Shown here: piece after piece, positions 6,230 through 7,450 of the stretch
Layout: every line of letters begins with the position of its first letter
Position numbering within the stretch: position 1 is the stretch's first letter
IMG/VR virus record: IMGVR_UViG_2531839581_000012
Reading direction: 5' to 3' (one strand)
DNA length: 7,450 bases
From: a virus
Taxonomy: Duplodnaviria > Heunggongvirae > Uroviricota > Caudoviricetes
Notes under the pieces: generated by a model
What the model was told of the DNA's origin: nothing
The model's database searches: none
The model's input: the letters and a program-made list of their open reading frames with translations, nothing else
Made by a program: the position numbers and the translations under genes

Positions 6230-6649
6230 GTGCGGGTATTACTTCGATCTGTTCTGGTACCGGAACTCGGTCTGGTTATCGTTAAGCCAGGCCGTGAATC
6301 AATGTCAGCATTCCATAACGGCAGAATACTGGTGGAGCCGGAACCAAAAAGCATGCGTAATCTGCCGTCCGGGGTCGTTCCTGCCGCTCGCCAGCCGCTG
6401 GTGGAAGACAAAACATTGCTGCCGTTTTTCAGCAACGAACGGGTGATTCGTGCTGCTGGTGGCGCTGGCGCATTGTCTGACTGGTTACTGCGCCATGTTA
6501 AATCCTGCCAGTGGCCCAGGGATTACACACAGGAAACCGTCATCACGTTAGGTCGGCGCATGGTGTTGTGCTGGCACTGGACAACCAGTTGCGTGACCAG
6601 CCTCGAATCACTTGAGCAACTTGCTCACCAAAACTGTCAGCATGGATGA
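6230..6649 (+). CDS. Hypothetical phage nin-region protein (139 aa)
   Basis: GTG at 6230 is preceded by GGAGG (6221-6225), though the spacing is short. Its stop overlaps the downstream start in an ATGA arrangement (6646-6649), which suggests translational coupling and supports a real gene. No family was recognised. Confidence 0.45.
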   Translation: MRVLLRSVLVPELGLVIVKPGRESMSAFHNGRILVEPEPKSMRNLPSGVVPAARQPLVEDKTLLPFFSNERVIRAAGGAGALSDWLLRHVKSCQWPRDYTQETVITLGRRMVLCWHWTTSCVTSLESLEQLAHQNCQHG

Positions 6650-7272
6650 TTGACGTCATCCGTCACGCAATCAGCGGTACGCAGGAGAGGGAGTTATCGC
6701 TGGCCGAATTATCCTGGTGGGCGGTCTGCAATCAGGTGGCTGATGCGCTTCCGGAGTCTGTATCGTGTCGTTCACTGGGATTACCGGTGGAAAAAATCCG
6801 CTCCGTATACCGTGAGAGTGACATCGTACCGGGAGAACAGACTGCCACCAGCATACTGAAGCAGCGCACAAAAAATATTGCGCTGCCACTTCACGCCCAC
6901 CAGCAACAGCCCCCACTCCAGGAAAAGACGTTAGTAAGCATCGCCGTTGATCCGGAGTCTCCGGCTCAGTATCTCCAGCGCCAGAAACCACAACGGGAAG
7001 AGATGCCTGTATACACGCGCTGGGTAAAAACGCAGAAATGCATGACGTGCGGTAATCAGGCAGATGATCCGCATCACATCATTGGTCATGGCCTGGGAGG
7101 TATGGGAACAAAGGCTGATGATTTGTTTGTTATTCCGCTGTGCCGTAAATGTCATAACGAACTGCACGCCGGGGTAAAAGATTTTGAAGAAAAATACGGC
7201 AGCCAGCTGTTGTTGCTGATTCGTTTTTTAATGCACGCGAGAAATTCGGGTGTCCTGAAGTGGAAAGCATGA
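6646..7272 (+). CDS. Phage nin-region protein (208 aa) with a C-terminal Cys/His cluster; putative zinc-binding or HNH-like domain
   Basis: ATG at 6646 overlaps the upstream stop (ATGA). Its stop (TGA 7270-7272) abuts the ATG at 7273 of the rusA-like gene. The C-terminus reads CMTCGNQADDPHHIIGHGLGG...CRKCHNELH, a C-x2-C ... HH ... C-x2-C-H arrangement. It resembles conserved prophage proteins found next to rusA or Q; a DUF968-type assignment is possible but uncertain. Confidence 0.6.
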   Translation: MIDVIRHAISGTQERELSLAELSWWAVCNQVADALPESVSCRSLGLPVEKIRSVYRESDIVPGEQTATSILKQRTKNIALPLHAHQQQPPLQEKTLVSIAVDPESPAQYLQRQKPQREEMPVYTRWVKTQKCMTCGNQADDPHHIIGHGLGGMGTKADDLFVIPLCRKCHNELHAGVKDFEEKYGSQLLLLIRFLMHARNSGVLKWKA

Positions 7273-7450
7273 ATGACCGAACGCATAGAATTTGTTTTGC
7301 CTTACCCGCCAACGGTGAACACCTACTGGCGACGTCGTGTCAGCACATATTTTGTATCAAAAGCCGGTGAGCGTTATCGCCGTGATGTGGCGCTTATTGT
7401 TCGCCAGCAGCGGCTGAAATTAAACCTGTCCGGAAGGCTGGCGATAAAGG
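7273..7450 (+). CDS. rusA: RusA-family Holliday-junction resolvase, N-terminal part (3'-truncated by the window edge)
   Basis: ATG at 7273 directly follows the upstream stop. The translation MTERIEFVLPYPPTVNTYWRRRVSTYFVSKAGERYRRDVALIVRQQRLKLNLSGRLAIK matches the conserved N-terminal region of RusA proteins (LPWPPSxNxYY...VSxEGxxYRxxVA...), and the gene sits in the nin region where rusA is found in lambdoid prophages. It was not in the ORF track because no stop is reached within the window. Confidence 0.75.
   Translation, partial: MTERIEFVLPYPPTVNTYWRRRVSTYFVSKAGERYRRDVALIVRQQRLKLNLSGRLAIK

Noticed and set aside
5899-6435. Minus-strand ORFs 5899..6147 and 6175..6435
   Set aside because: Antisense to the tightly chained + strand nin-like genes; no start-codon context; likely shadow ORFs.
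6228-6446. + strand ORF 6228..6446 (72 aa, MCGYYF...)
   Set aside because: Alternative frame overlapping the 6230..6649 ORF, which is supported by ATGA coupling to the downstream gene. The ATG at 6228 lies only 2 nt from the GGAGG.
6650-7312. ORFs 6650..6859 (+), 6671..6991 (-), 6931..7167 (-), 7130..7312 (-)
   Set aside because: All are alternative-frame or antisense overlaps of the 6646..7272 gene and the rusA start; no independent support.
1-7450. Searched for a CRISPR array, tRNA/rRNA, and transposase or integrase
   Set aside because: No regularly spaced direct repeats with unique spacers, no cloverleaf-compatible or rRNA-like segments, and no recognisable IS terminal inverted repeats or DDE/tyrosine-recombinase motifs were seen. 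The only regular repeats are the iterons inside the initiator gene.

Overview
This window looks like the early-right arm of a lambdoid enterobacterial prophage carrying a cargo insertion. From left to right: the 3' end of an upstream early gene; a replication-initiator gene with an iteron-type origin embedded in its coding sequence (about nt 536-890); a small basic protein gene; then a visibly AT-rich segment (about nt 1955-5900) holding a translationally coupled two-gene operon for a classic-clade AAA+ ATPase (2148-3302) and a large, apparently cytoplasmic S8/subtilase-family serine protease (3277-5541), closed by a strong intrinsic terminator. After an AT-rich non-coding spacer with a candidate promoter comes a tightly packed chain of nin-region-like genes ending in a 3'-truncated rusA-like resolvase gene. 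The ATPase plus subtilase pair is the most interesting element. Its architecture matches what I recall of the two-gene IetAS-type anti-phage module, but I cannot confirm homology without searches, so it may be a divergent member or a distinct system. All supported genes are on the + strand; the minus-strand ORFs in the track are antisense shadows of + strand genes. No rRNA, tRNA, CRISPR array, transposase or integrase was recognised.
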